Shown: positions 37,008-46,827 of the stretch, piece after piece
Numbering within the stretch: position 1 is the first letter of the stretch
Layout: every line of letters begins with the position of its first letter
Virus record (IMG/VR): IMGVR_UViG_3300047548_000297
Span: 2,806 to 66,805 of that record
Direction: 5' to 3' (one strand)
Length of the DNA: 64,000 bases
DNA from: a virus
Notes under the pieces: model-generated
Database searches by the model: none
The model's input: the letters and a program-made list of their open reading frames with translations, nothing else
What the model was told of the DNA's origin: nothing
Program-made: the position numbers and the translations under genes

Positions 37008-40000
37008 TTAGGATGCCATCATTCCTGCGTTCATTATAAAGAATGAACTATCTAGAAAAGAGAATGTATCTATCTTGGAGCTTTGCTGACTAGGGGCACT
37101 TGGCACTATACTGGGAACTATAGGTGTAGAAGAACTAGCAGGTTTCGCGGCAGAAGTTTCATACGTTGGTTTTACTGAAGTAGGAGAAGTTTGAACTTGA
37201 GTTCTGGTTGTATTACTAGTAGCTACAGGAGGAACCGATTGCTGTCCAACATAGCTAAGGTGCCAAGGTTCTCCCTTGACGTTTCTAGCAAATCCATACT
37301 TTGACAGTAGGCCCATGGATTCAAGTTCACCAGCAGTGGCTCTGTCTATATCCAATGCTTTACCTTGCTCGTGTAAGGAGTGTCCTGGCTTAGCTGCTAT
37401 AGTTGGATTAGCCGCGTAGAGTTTAGCCTGCTGTTCTGTACTTCTACGTGCGGATTCTATACTAAGAGGTTTTGTTCCTCCGTTAGCTCTATACTCCTGA
37501 GCCATACTCTCAAAACTAGACTTTACTGTTGGGTCTAGATTATCGAAATCCACAGAAGACTTATTAGTAGAGAATAGTTTGCCGACACTACTAGATATAT
37601 AGGTTTTAGCACCAGACGCTGATGTACTTATACTATCAACGGTACTACCTACGGCAGATTTTACTGAAGTTCCTACTTGTCCTACCTTGTCAGAAACTAT
37701 AGTTGCAGCTCTAGACGCACCCTTTGATATGTATTCTGCTCCTCTACTTATTGGATTCGTATCCCACCAGTTAGAAAGCTTCGTACCAGTTGCTTTTAGT
37801 TTATCAGCGGGTTTCTGTAACAGACCTACTACGTAGTCATATCCGTCCTTTAGACCTTGTACTATGTTAGTAGCTGTGTTTATTACGCTATCTATTGCAT
37901 CTAGTATCTCAGTAGAGTACTTGTCATACAGCTTTGTTCCCAGTTCCCAACCGGCGTAAGCGCTTCCAGCTAATGCTACTGCAGGGAGCGCAAAACTAGC
38001 TAGTCTAGGAGCATACTTAGCTATATTGGGAAGAACTGATTTTATTAGCTTTCCAGTACCACCCCCAATAACGGCCTCTATTGATGATATGGCTTTTGTT
38101 ATTAGTGGGCTACCTATTAATCCACTAAGCATACCAGACAAATTTATACCACCTGTCTGACCAGACCTAGACTTGGATCTACTTATCCTCTGTACGGCTG
38201 ATACAAGTTTGGCTCGGTCGTTACGCTCTTCAGCACGGTAAGAGTCTTCTGCCAACAACTCGTCTTTACTCTTGCTAGGAGACAGAGCTATTTTTTTGTA
38301 TGCATTGTCTACAGTATATGATATTACTGTTTTTAATCCAGTAGTAGGTTTAGTTAAAATCTTATCTATGACTGCATTAGCTTTTATAAAGTTCCAAACC
38401 TTAGATTCTGCATATGGATTAGAGGTTTTAGCCGTATCTGCAAGTATCTTATCCAAGTGTTTGTCTAGTACTTCTAGCTGTTCTTGTATATGTTCGCTAG
38501 CTAGTAGAAGTTCGGTTAGCTTAGACTCATGAACCGTATCTATTTTTTTATCTTCTACCTGTTCTGACCTAAGCTCATTTAGTACGCTAGTCTGTTTACT
38601 GTCTACTGTAACTGAAGTATGTATAGAAGATAATGGATTAGTAGTCTCATCTTGTACAGTAGTAGAGAGTTTAGACTTATCTTTACTAGTAGTTACTCCA
38701 GACAGGAATTCTTCTAGTGCGTCACTAACTACTTCCTTTAAGTCTTCCAGAGAAAAGTCTTGCTCGGTTAAATCTGCTGGTATATAAGGTACGTGTTCGT
38801 CTATTCTGTCTAATACATCGTCTATGAATAGCTCGGCTCTCGGGGCGCTAAGCCCAGAGTTCATCTTAGGAAGCTGTGTTGGTCTAGACAGAATAGATAG
38901 GGGAAATCCAGCACTAACCTTTCCTGAGTTAAGCACAGGTAGTTCTGTAGGCTGCTTTAGTAGGTCTAAAGGAAATCCAGGTTTTTTACTGGGCGTACTG
39001 TTTGGTGTTCCGGTAGTAGTTTCAGAATCAGGAGGTATAGTTGGTTTAGCATAAGTTGGTTCTAAACCAGACATATCTGGTTCTGACTTACTCGGAACAC
39101 TACTAGCTAAACTGATAGGAGAGAACGAGTTCTTTACAAAGTTTGATATTAAACCTACACTGCTTTTTGCTTTACGTACAGCAGATCCTACCCCATAGCC
39201 AGTACCGTACATGGTACGGCTAATCAGACTAGAAGCGCCTTTAGGTCTGGATCGTAGGTCACTAACTTTAGTTGCAACTCTATTTCCTAGAGAACCTAAG
39301 TATTTTCCAGAAGCTTTGATACCCCGTACCGATCCTGAACCTGCAGAGCGTATGACCCTACCTGATAAACTAAACGCACCTGTAGCCAAATCACTCAGAG
39401 AGCTTGCTAGCAGTCTTCCTGTAGAGCTAGCCAGTACACCAGCCCCCTCAAGAGCTTTGTATCCTAGGTACTTAATCGGCTTTGCTACTAGGTACTTTAA
39501 GGGTTTACCTATGAGAGTTCTTGTTATTGGGTTGTTTACAACCTTATATCCAGCATATAGCGCTAATCCGGCTGGCCCAAGATGTTTTAAAACTCCATGC
39601 ACGTAGGAGTCTAATCTAGCTGCCCCAGACAGTTTTTTCTTTTTACTACCAAATATACTTGGATAGGATGTTGATGAACTAGGGCGGGTGGTTCTACGGT
39701 CTTTAGGTTTATTTTTTAGTCTAAAGGCTTCGTCTATATCTCTAGACTTTCTAGCAAGCGTTCTAAACTCTAGTCGCTTGGAGTACTCAATCAAGGAATC
39801 TTCAATAGCAACTTTGGCTGAAACGAATCCTTCAAAGTTGCTGTTATTTATAGACTGAATGCCCTGCTCTAGACTATATATAAAGTTATCAATACGTGCT
39901 CTACGTTCATTTAGTATGTCTCTAGTTTTACTAGAATTTGAGGATATACTAGCTTCTATTTCCAGATTAGATAAAGTAGCTGAAGCCTCGTTACGTAGCG

Positions 40001-40703
40001 AAGACCATTTAGCTTTATAGAAGTTCTTGTTGCGTCTAAAGTCTTCTTTGAGCGCGGCTTTATCCGCTTTTTGTTCGCGTTTAAACTCACGCTTGTCTAT
40101 GTCTGGACGACTACCTGAAGAAGACAACTCACCTAGTAACAAAGATACAAATCGTGTCAACGGATGCATGACACTAGATTTAATGTAGTATAGAGCGTCG
40201 TTGAATGCTTTTAGAGATTCAGCCGCATCAGAGCTTTCTATTAGTGTAACAAGACTAGGAAGGCGTTTCATTAAATGAAAGTATACGTCTTTTCCTAGCT
40301 TGTTAGCTATGATATCAGTCTTTGGTACGTCCTTCAGTATTAGGTTGTACTTTCCCATAAAAATCATTATTAAATGGGAAAGTCTATTTATGTATTCTAC
40401 CCTAAGCTGAGGCGAACTAAGCTTTTCTAGTTTATCAGACTTAATGGCTAGTATAAGCAAACTGGATTCTAATTTAGATGCACGTACTAGATGACTATAG
40501 TAAGTCTGCCTTAGAGCTAGGTTTTTTGAGTATAGTTTCTTTAAATCTACAGACTCGCCCGCTATTTTAGACGTAAGGCTGACTATAAAACTAGGAAGTT
40601 CTTTTGGTGGTAAACGCCTAAAACTACTAGAAGCCTTAAGAGCATCTTGTTCCGCAAGAACTTCTGCAGTAGTAGAAGGTAGTATGCTAGATGGTAATGC
40701 CAC
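37008..40703 (-). CDS. tape-measure-like protein with C-terminal M15 (VanY-like) peptidase
   Basis: Long, helical and A/G/S-rich, located after the chaperone; SARRS..QQ.KLY, PGHSLHEQGKALDI and EPWH. GTG start after AAGGAG. Confidence 0.8.
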   Translation of the reverse strand: MALPSSILPSTTAEVLAEQDALKASSSFRRLPPKELPSFIVSLTSKIAGESVDLKKLYSKNLALRQTYYSHLVRASKLESSLLILAIKSDKLEKLSSPQLRVEYINRLSHLIMIFMGKYNLILKDVPKTDIIANKLGKDVYFHLMKRLPSLVTLIESSDAAESLKAFNDALYYIKSSVMHPLTRFVSLLLGELSSSGSRPDIDKREFKREQKADKAALKEDFRRNKNFYKAKWSSLRNEASATLSNLEIEASISSNSSKTRDILNERRARIDNFIYSLEQGIQSINNSNFEGFVSAKVAIEDSLIEYSKRLEFRTLARKSRDIDEAFRLKNKPKDRRTTRPSSSTSYPSIFGSKKKKLSGAARLDSYVHGVLKHLGPAGLALYAGYKVVNNPITRTLIGKPLKYLVAKPIKYLGYKALEGAGVLASSTGRLLASSLSDLATGAFSLSGRVIRSAGSGSVRGIKASGKYLGSLGNRVATKVSDLRSRPKGASSLISRTMYGTGYGVGSAVRKAKSSVGLISNFVKNSFSPISLASSVPSKSEPDMSGLEPTYAKPTIPPDSETTTGTPNSTPSKKPGFPLDLLKQPTELPVLNSGKVSAGFPLSILSRPTQLPKMNSGLSAPRAELFIDDVLDRIDEHVPYIPADLTEQDFSLEDLKEVVSDALEEFLSGVTTSKDKSKLSTTVQDETTNPLSSIHTSVTVDSKQTSVLNELRSEQVEDKKIDTVHESKLTELLLASEHIQEQLEVLDKHLDKILADTAKTSNPYAESKVWNFIKANAVIDKILTKPTTGLKTVISYTVDNAYKKIALSPSKSKDELLAEDSYRAEERNDRAKLVSAVQRISRSKSRSGQTGGINLSGMLSGLIGSPLITKAISSIEAVIGGGTGKLIKSVLPNIAKYAPRLASFALPAVALAGSAYAGWELGTKLYDKYSTEILDAIDSVINTATNIVQGLKDGYDYVVGLLQKPADKLKATGTKLSNWWDTNPISRGAEYISKGASRAATIVSDKVGQVGTSVKSAVGSTVDSISTSASGAKTYISSSVGKLFSTNKSSVDFDNLDPTVKSSFESMAQEYRANGGTKPLSIESARRSTEQQAKLYAANPTIAAKPGHSLHEQGKALDIDRATAGELESMGLLSKYGFARNVKGEPWHLSYVGQQSVPPVATSNTTRTQVQTSPTSVKPTYETSAAKPASSSTPIVPSIVPSAPSQQSSKIDTFSFLDSSFFIMNAGMMAS

Positions 40704-40718
40704 AAAAGGCTCCTTTAA

Positions 40719-40868
40719 TTACTTATTGTTACGGGCTTCTCGTTTGTTTTTGGCCTTAGCCGTCAAGAAGAGAAAGTTCTTGATAGGCATACTGAAGTCT
40801 ATAAGTATAGAAAACTCCTCAGCCACAAGGGACTGAGATTCTAGCATATATTCTTCAGTATAAAGGTC
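40719..40868 (-). CDS. 49-codon +1-frame extension of the tail assembly chaperone (or a 42-aa standalone ORF from ATG 40847)
   Basis: The open frame DLYTEEYMLESQSLVAEEF...KREARNNK* fills the chaperone-TMP gap and begins at CTT-TGA-C. Confidence 0.55.
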   Translation of the reverse strand, partial: DLYTEEYMLESQSLVAEEFSILIDFSMPIKNFLFLTAKAKNKREARNNK

Positions 40869-41826
40869 AAAGAAACGAGTGCGCTGAGATAGAGATTTTA
40901 GTCTCCGACTCAGCGCGACACTCCGGGCAGGTAAAACGAATAGACTCCTCTACGCCGTAGGCTGATACTAGAGTACGGAACTGTTCAATGACGTGTAGAT
41001 TTTCTGCAGTTAGGCTCTCAACGAATTCACATCTAGCCTGCATACTAAGTCTGGGTGTACTAGTATCTTTATTTTGTAGATATCCAGCATAGTCAACTAG
41101 ATACTCAATCTCTGGATAATTCTCATGCTCTAGCAGATTTTCCTCAATATCCACTATGTCTACTATGCAGGACGGAGCCAAAGCAAACGGGGTGCCTTCA
41201 AGAAAGGATAGATCTGCAGTTTCTAAGAAATCTTCCAGTGGCTTGGGATCGAACACGGTTTCATTTAGAATAGACTTACTAAGCGTGTGAACTGATACCA
41301 GAGATTCTTTTGGTAGATCTCCAGTTTTTACTTTGTGTACATGCTTAGGACTTGTACAAACTGCTGTATGAATTAGCTGTACCTTTGTATAGTAAGTCAT
41401 TCTAATCCAGTATAGCAGCCAGTAAAAGTCTGGAATAGTTAGATCCCAAGCTGAAATACCTTCTGGTAGTAGCGTAGAAATAGCATCAACCATGTACCTA
41501 GTGCGTTTCTCTTTAGCCGCACGGGCAAACTTTGCTTGATGGAATCCTAGTACTGGACCTACACCAAGAGTATCAAAGTCATAGAAATAGAAGTTAGACG
41601 GAAGATCTGCATTTAGATACTTAGGATCTAACTGCTCAATAGGCTTTTTGAATTCCTGTAGAACTAGGTTATCAACTTCATCTAGCTGTGTAGCTATAAC
41701 TGCCGGTCTACGGGCTTGAGGTTGATTGTTCGTACTGGGTGCGCCAGAAACCTTCTTTGGAGGGAGCTTGAAGGAGGCACTAGATTCTTGGGTCGATCCA
41801 AGATCAGAGATGTTTACACTAGTCAT
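40867..41826 (-). CDS. tail assembly chaperone / baseplate hub assembly protein (T4 gp26-like)
   Basis: LPS...Y, DLT..DF..LL..IR...Y and C-terminal CPEC; directly upstream of the TMP. Confidence 0.75.
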   Translation of the reverse strand: MTSVNISDLGSTQESSASFKLPPKKVSGAPSTNNQPQARRPAVIATQLDEVDNLVLQEFKKPIEQLDPKYLNADLPSNFYFYDFDTLGVGPVLGFHQAKFARAAKEKRTRYMVDAISTLLPEGISAWDLTIPDFYWLLYWIRMTYYTKVQLIHTAVCTSPKHVHKVKTGDLPKESLVSVHTLSKSILNETVFDPKPLEDFLETADLSFLEGTPFALAPSCIVDIVDIEENLLEHENYPEIEYLVDYAGYLQNKDTSTPRLSMQARCEFVESLTAENLHVIEQFRTLVSAYGVEESIRFTCPECRAESETKISISAHSFL

Positions 41827-41846
41827 AAAACATTCCTTTTAGGAGA

Positions 41847-42845
41847 TTAGAAAAAGCTCTTTATCTTTCCAAGAGCAGAGGATGCGGCACTTTCGGCTCT
41901 ACCTCTAACGGAGTCTAGCACGCTTTCGGCTTTACTAAAAGTGTCATTTCTTAGCTTATTTACTTCTTGTCCAAATCTATCTTCTAGATAAGACTTAGGA
42001 GTTGTATTACGTATATCACTGGACATGGCTGCAAGAGCAGATGATCTACTTCTAATAAGGTCGTCATTTACGCTTATGCATTCTATAGTATCAACAGACA
42101 GTGTAGCACTAGCAGATATTGGAGTAGCAGCTCCAGAGGTGAAGTCATACCCGTCTAGAATGGAAGTTGGAAAACATCCCCCTAGAACGAAACGGGCACT
42201 TACTGTTCCGTATGGGTCTAGAAGAGATATCATTATCTGCTTTTTATATTCAAACGCTCCTGTAAATGTTCCTAGTTTATTGCTATATCCAGCGTTTGCC
42301 CAAGATAGCATAAACTTGGAAGCAGTTCCAGTAACATCTTCATATAGTTTTATATTGCAGGAATTTATAGTTAAGCCTGCTATATAGTTACGTTCTACAC
42401 CTTCTCTAAATACAGCGTGCTGTTCTAGAGTTATACTAGGTACAGATATCTCTTCTATATATATAGGAGCTATTAGTTCGTCAACCTCATTGATGCTTAT
42501 TATCTGAGCTTCCCAACAAAAATTCATCTGTGGATCGGGTCTGGACGTTGCTTGATTCAATGTGGAGTTCGGATCAGTGCTCCAAACTTTGGTTGGAGCT
42601 TTTGGCTCACTACCAAATAGATCTTGAATGCCTCCAACTTTAGTAAGTATATCTTTGAACTTTGAATCTATAGTTAGCAGTTTTCGAGCTGTCTTAGACC
42701 TACCAGACAAAGCAGTTAATACACCGCTTATACCTTGAGCTGTATTTGGATTCTTTAGTCCACGTACAACTTGAGATCCAGTACCAGAGATCGAACTAAC
42801 TTTTGATATAGTGTTTAGGGCAGTATTAAATACAGATAATCCCAT
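41847..42845 (-). CDS. tail-tube-fold protein (gp19/gp54-like)
   Basis: EISVPSI, IKLYED, YKKQI.I.LLD and L.GCFPT. Confidence 0.7.
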   Translation of the reverse strand: MGLSVFNTALNTISKVSSISGTGSQVVRGLKNPNTAQGISGVLTALSGRSKTARKLLTIDSKFKDILTKVGGIQDLFGSEPKAPTKVWSTDPNSTLNQATSRPDPQMNFCWEAQIISINEVDELIAPIYIEEISVPSITLEQHAVFREGVERNYIAGLTINSCNIKLYEDVTGTASKFMLSWANAGYSNKLGTFTGAFEYKKQIMISLLDPYGTVSARFVLGGCFPTSILDGYDFTSGAATPISASATLSVDTIECISVNDDLIRSRSSALAAMSSDIRNTTPKSYLEDRFGQEVNKLRNDTFSKAESVLDSVRGRAESAASSALGKIKSFF

Positions 42846-42865
42846 ATAATTTTCTCCAGTTTGAC

Positions 42866-42873
42866 TAAAATTG
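42866..42873 (-). promoter_or_regulatory. CAATTT promoter-like motif
   Basis: Minus-strand CACAATTTTAG lies between the terminator and the ATG at 42845. Confidence 0.5.
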
Positions 42874-42883
42874 TGACCCTGGC

Positions 42884-42923
42884 AAAAAGGCTCGCTGTGT
42901 ATCGATACACAGCGAGCCTTTTT
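42884..42923. terminator. 40-bp perfect palindrome / bidirectional terminator
   Basis: AAAAAGGCTCGCTGTGTATC|GATACACAGCGAGCCTTTTT. Confidence 0.85.
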
Positions 42924-42927
42924 ATGC

Positions 42928-43731
42928 TTACGATATAGTCAGTGCTGGACGAATTGTAATTTCACCTGTGCCGTTTCTAGTGACCGCAGGTTGAGTTACA
43001 GTCTTGGTGGTTCCATCTACGTATGTAACAGTGTACGCATCAACGCACTTGAAAGTAGCGTTAACCGTAGTAGCTGTAAATACGCCACTAGCTCCGTTAG
43101 GCCAAGTAACCGGGGATGAAGTAACAACACCATTAGCATCTAGTGTTCTAGTGCCAGTGAAGATTTCCGACGGATCAGTAGCAAATGACTTAAGCCAAGC
43201 ATCAGAACCCAAAGCTGCATACCTAGCATCACCCCTAGTAGTATTTAGATACTGAGTATGGTCATCGCCAGTAGTAAGACCAGTTAGATCGCTGTGAGCA
43301 GAAACACCAGTACCTCCACCAGTAATATTACCTGCGTCTGCATCGTCTTTTGACCGTCCTATTACAGTACGAATACCAAGATTAGGATTTAGGATACCAG
43401 AAGGATCCGAAATGGAGTAGTATACTGGAGTTCCAGGGGGCGCAACAGCATTAACTAGAATAGTTCTAAACGTAGTTGAACCAGATCCAGTATCTAGCCA
43501 GAAAGTACCAACTGCAATAGGAGCTGTGGGCTTAGTGCTACTAACGGTAACCGAGATATTTGTAGCAGGAGTATATGCGCCGTAATGCGCTCTGTTATCT
43601 ACGTCTAGGACTACAGTAACAGGATTAGAAATAGTGTATCCAGCGTTGAGTGCTATGGACAAAATGCGCTCAATGATCTGAGCGTAGGTCATGTCCGACG
43701 TAATGTTATTAAATGCTTTGTTGGAGGCCAT
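42928..43731 (-). CDS. virion fibre/decoration protein
   Basis: HSDLTGL..GDDHTQY fibre motif; C-terminal domain shared with 55008..55799. Confidence 0.65.
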   Translation of the reverse strand: MASNKAFNNITSDMTYAQIIERILSIALNAGYTISNPVTVVLDVDNRAHYGAYTPATNISVTVSSTKPTAPIAVGTFWLDTGSGSTTFRTILVNAVAPPGTPVYYSISDPSGILNPNLGIRTVIGRSKDDADAGNITGGGTGVSAHSDLTGLTTGDDHTQYLNTTRGDARYAALGSDAWLKSFATDPSEIFTGTRTLDANGVVTSSPVTWPNGASGVFTATTVNATFKCVDAYTVTYVDGTTKTVTQPAVTRNGTGEITIRPALTIS

Positions 43732-43748
43732 TACTATTCATCCTTAGT

Positions 43749-44258
43749 TTAAGGGGCTAGGTCTTCAGTATAGTCGAAACTAAACTGGACTGCATAGGTA
43801 ACTACTGTGGAAGTAGAGTCAAAAGACGGCGCACTGGTATCAGTTGGGAACACACCAATCATTTTTACTCTACGTATGATCTGCGGTAGATCATCATATA
43901 GAATGATTTCTACTGGAATAGAATATACAGACTTATACGTACCAGAATTACCTACCCAAGAACGAGCTAGTTCTTGCCATGCTATAATAGCATCACGGGT
44001 ACTATTGGTACGAGTTTCAAAGAATGTAGCTGACCAAGTTCCAGTCCAGGTGCGACGACCTGCAAAGTTAAGCTTGATGCCATGAGCTTCAATTGAAGTT
44101 TGCTCAAGCTGTGACTCTGGAATAGTGGTTGACTGACAGCGAATAATTAGTTCTCTGTTAGATCCACCACCCGGAAGAGGTGGAAGAACTAGGTCAAAGT
44201 TATACGCTAGCTGCGGATCTGCCGTGCTTTGCACGTCTTGAAGTGAAGTACGAGCCAT
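43749..44258 (-). CDS. tail tube protein (gp19-like)
   Basis: Follows the sheath; C.STTIP, FAGRRT, W..TF.E, GVFP and F.FDY. Confidence 0.9.
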   Translation of the reverse strand: MARTSLQDVQSTADPQLAYNFDLVLPPLPGGGSNRELIIRCQSTTIPESQLEQTSIEAHGIKLNFAGRRTWTGTWSATFFETRTNSTRDAIIAWQELARSWVGNSGTYKSVYSIPVEIILYDDLPQIIRRVKMIGVFPTDTSAPSFDSTSTVVTYAVQFSFDYTEDLAP

Positions 44259-44281
44259 TTCATTTTTCCTTATAGCTGTTT

Positions 44282-44303
44282 GGTGGGGAGTAAATTCCCC
44301 ACC
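44282..44303 (-). terminator. hairpin between sheath and tube genes
   Basis: GGTGGGGA/TCCCCACC; no clear U-tract on the coding strand. Confidence 0.45.
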
Positions 44304-44312
44304 TAGATTAAT

Positions 44313-46250
44313 TTATAGGCTAGCTAGAGTCTTCTCGTCTACTTCTAAACCTTCCTTGGAGATGACCAAGCTTAGCTGGATTTCTCGCACTGGAATGATA
44401 GGAGTGATGATTATAGCTACGGCTAGAGTTCCGCTATTTACAAGAGCAGGTGGATTGTTAGACGAGTCAATAACTACACGGTATTTAGAGATACCGCGAC
44501 CTGCCTTTACCACGTCTAGGTACTGTTCAAGCGCAAACTGAATCTGTTTGCGCAGAATATCATCATTAGGCTCCTGAAGCGAATAAATCAGGTAGTTATA
44601 CGCAGCGCGCTTTATGATATTACATAGTACACGAATGCTTATGAGCTGAAGAGCAGAACTTCTATTCAACAGAGTGTTCTGTTCCCAGAATGCAATACCC
44701 CTACCAATAAATTTACGAACATACGAGATGTTGGCAAGAGTTACTAGCGTCGCTTCTCCATCATCATAGGCTTCACGAATGCCAAGCGTAATGCCGTTTA
44801 GTTGGCCTCTATTTAGGCCAGCAGTCGAGAACCATGGCTGAGTAGAGCGGAAGGTTCTAGCCAGAAGTCCAGCTATAGCGCCCGAAGGAGGAACATACAG
44901 CAGCTTTCCATTGATGGGATCAGACTGTAGCAAGTCTTGAGCAAGTAGAGCAGAGTATGAAGAATTTAGATTTAGATCTAAGTTTCTGAAGTCTACTACT
45001 GACTGGGCGCTTTGCTTGGTAGATGGAGCATCTAGGTACGCAACACAGTCATTTCTGGTTTGTGCTACATAGTCCATGTATCGCTGTACGATAACTGAAG
45101 TCTTTCCACTGTTGATAAGAACATCAAGCGTATATAGTTCTTTGTTGAGGAAAACAGACCACTTGTTATTTATATCAGCTGTAGTTGGTGCTGTACCAGA
45201 ACTACCACCAGCAAGATTAGCTTTCGGAGCTGAGTACAGAACTGGAGTTGATACAAGCATACCAACGTTAGACTGTACTCTAATATAACGAGAGAAAGGA
45301 TTGATTCTCTGTGTAACCTCCATCTGTGCGCCAGTATCATCCGTCTGTTCAGTTAGCGAGCAGTTAAAACTCTCTACTGGAACACTGGTAGATACAGAAG
45401 TATCGTATACACGAAGAGTAAACAGTGGTGAAGGAGCAGCTAGACCAGCAGTGCTAGTAATAGGTGGCTTCGTAATATCAGGCGTTATAATACCTAGGTC
45501 TTGGAAGCTAAGTGTAGCAGCGCCAACTTGAGCTATAAGATACATGTTACCAGATACTCTACCGTATACCTTGTAACCAATAGCTCCGGTTAGAGCAGGC
45601 CAGTTTACGGTAATGGTATTAGTAGTTGTAGCAGAACCAACTACGACGGTTAGAGGTGCTGAAGCCAAAGTTTCAGTACCACCAGCAGCAATAGCTGAAA
45701 CCACGTATTCATACGTAGCTGCAACTAGTTGACCGCCAACAGAAGTTGTAGTTCCGGTTAGACCTGTAACGGTTTCGAGGTTTGCAGCTTCCATAGAAAC
45801 CGCGAGATTATTACCTAGTGAACCTTGTCCCCTAGCCGGAGTTATTAGGTAGAGTGGAGTTTCAGTAACTGGTGTGTAAGAACCCCAGTCAGGATTGTCT
45901 GGATCAACAACACCAGCAGGTAGACCAGCAACTACAGTCTTTAGCGAGGCGTTTAGTTTGATAACTGCCGCCGCGTATTTTGCACCTGCACCTGTAGCTC
46001 TAATAGCCCACAGGGAATTACCTTCACGCAGATAGTCTAGGGCTGCATAATGATCATACGAAACTGCAGCATTTGGATTACCATAATCGAATAGGAAGTC
46101 ATCAGGACTAGAATAGAACGTAGCCTTGTCTCTGCCTTGAGCTGATACAACTACAATAGCAGCAGTAGCAGCACTAACTCCACTTAGAGAAGTACTTAGA
46201 TCAACCTCATTTATGCGCACATCACTGGCGCGTCTAGCAAGAACTGCCAT
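44313..46250 (-). CDS. tail sheath protein
   Basis: V.INEVDLS, YVPPSG.IAG, PWFSTAGLNRG, IRVL, EPND and VID.SNN. Confidence 0.95.
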   Translation of the reverse strand: MAVLARRASDVRINEVDLSTSLSGVSAATAAIVVVSAQGRDKATFYSSPDDFLFDYGNPNAAVSYDHYAALDYLREGNSLWAIRATGAGAKYAAAVIKLNASLKTVVAGLPAGVVDPDNPDWGSYTPVTETPLYLITPARGQGSLGNNLAVSMEAANLETVTGLTGTTTSVGGQLVAATYEYVVSAIAAGGTETLASAPLTVVVGSATTTNTITVNWPALTGAIGYKVYGRVSGNMYLIAQVGAATLSFQDLGIITPDITKPPITSTAGLAAPSPLFTLRVYDTSVSTSVPVESFNCSLTEQTDDTGAQMEVTQRINPFSRYIRVQSNVGMLVSTPVLYSAPKANLAGGSSGTAPTTADINNKWSVFLNKELYTLDVLINSGKTSVIVQRYMDYVAQTRNDCVAYLDAPSTKQSAQSVVDFRNLDLNLNSSYSALLAQDLLQSDPINGKLLYVPPSGAIAGLLARTFRSTQPWFSTAGLNRGQLNGITLGIREAYDDGEATLVTLANISYVRKFIGRGIAFWEQNTLLNRSSALQLISIRVLCNIIKRAAYNYLIYSLQEPNDDILRKQIQFALEQYLDVVKAGRGISKYRVVIDSSNNPPALVNSGTLAVAIIITPIIPVREIQLSLVISKEGLEVDEKTLASL

Positions 46251-46261
46251 AGTTATTCTCC

Positions 46262-46444
46262 TTAGTCAACAGTCTTTGCAAGAACTAGAGTATTTAGCTT
46301 AAGATACTCTGATGGTACAGCATATCCAGGCTCAATCTTAGCGCGCGACTTAGGTTGAATGAAAACCTCAGTAGTATTGCCACTTAGGTCTTTGATCGGA
46401 ACTACTTTAAGTTCCTCAGTTCTATTAAAAACATAGTATGCCAT
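46262..46444 (-). CDS. small hypothetical protein
   Basis: SD AGGA; tightly packed in the operon. Confidence 0.7.
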   Translation of the reverse strand: MAYYVFNRTEELKVVPIKDLSGNTTEVFIQPKSRAKIEPGYAVPSEYLKLNTLVLAKTVD

Positions 46445-46454
46445 AGTTTGTCCT

Positions 46455-46820
46455 CTATGCTTGAATTATTACGAGTTTAGACGCCGAAGTTCCAGTATTG
46501 GTTATTACCATCTGACGTACATCGGAGTCCACTAAATGAACTTTTGAAACATTCATCTGATACGGGGCTGTGGCTGAAGCAACAGAGAACGTAAAATCAG
46601 ACTGCACAGGCTCAGAGCAACTAAGAAAAGTCATAGCTGATTGTGCCATCGGGGTATTCCAAGTTACAGTTTCACTTGGATTAAGTGTAAAGTTATTTAC
46701 CACAACCCCTGCTGTAGGTGAGGTAAAATTGTATGTAAATGCCCCTATACTGCGTCTAACGTTATTATCAGCCAAGAATGCCCCTATGTTTAGAAGCACT
46801 GCCTTGGTTACAGCGGTCAT
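46455..46820 (-). CDS. hypothetical virion protein
   Basis: In the operon, with an SD; beta-rich. Confidence 0.7.
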   Translation of the reverse strand: MTAVTKAVLLNIGAFLADNNVRRSIGAFTYNFTSPTAGVVVNNFTLNPSETVTWNTPMAQSAMTFLSCSEPVQSDFTFSVASATAPYQMNVSKVHLVDSDVRQMVITNTGTSASKLVIIQA

Positions 46821-46827
46821 ATAATTC

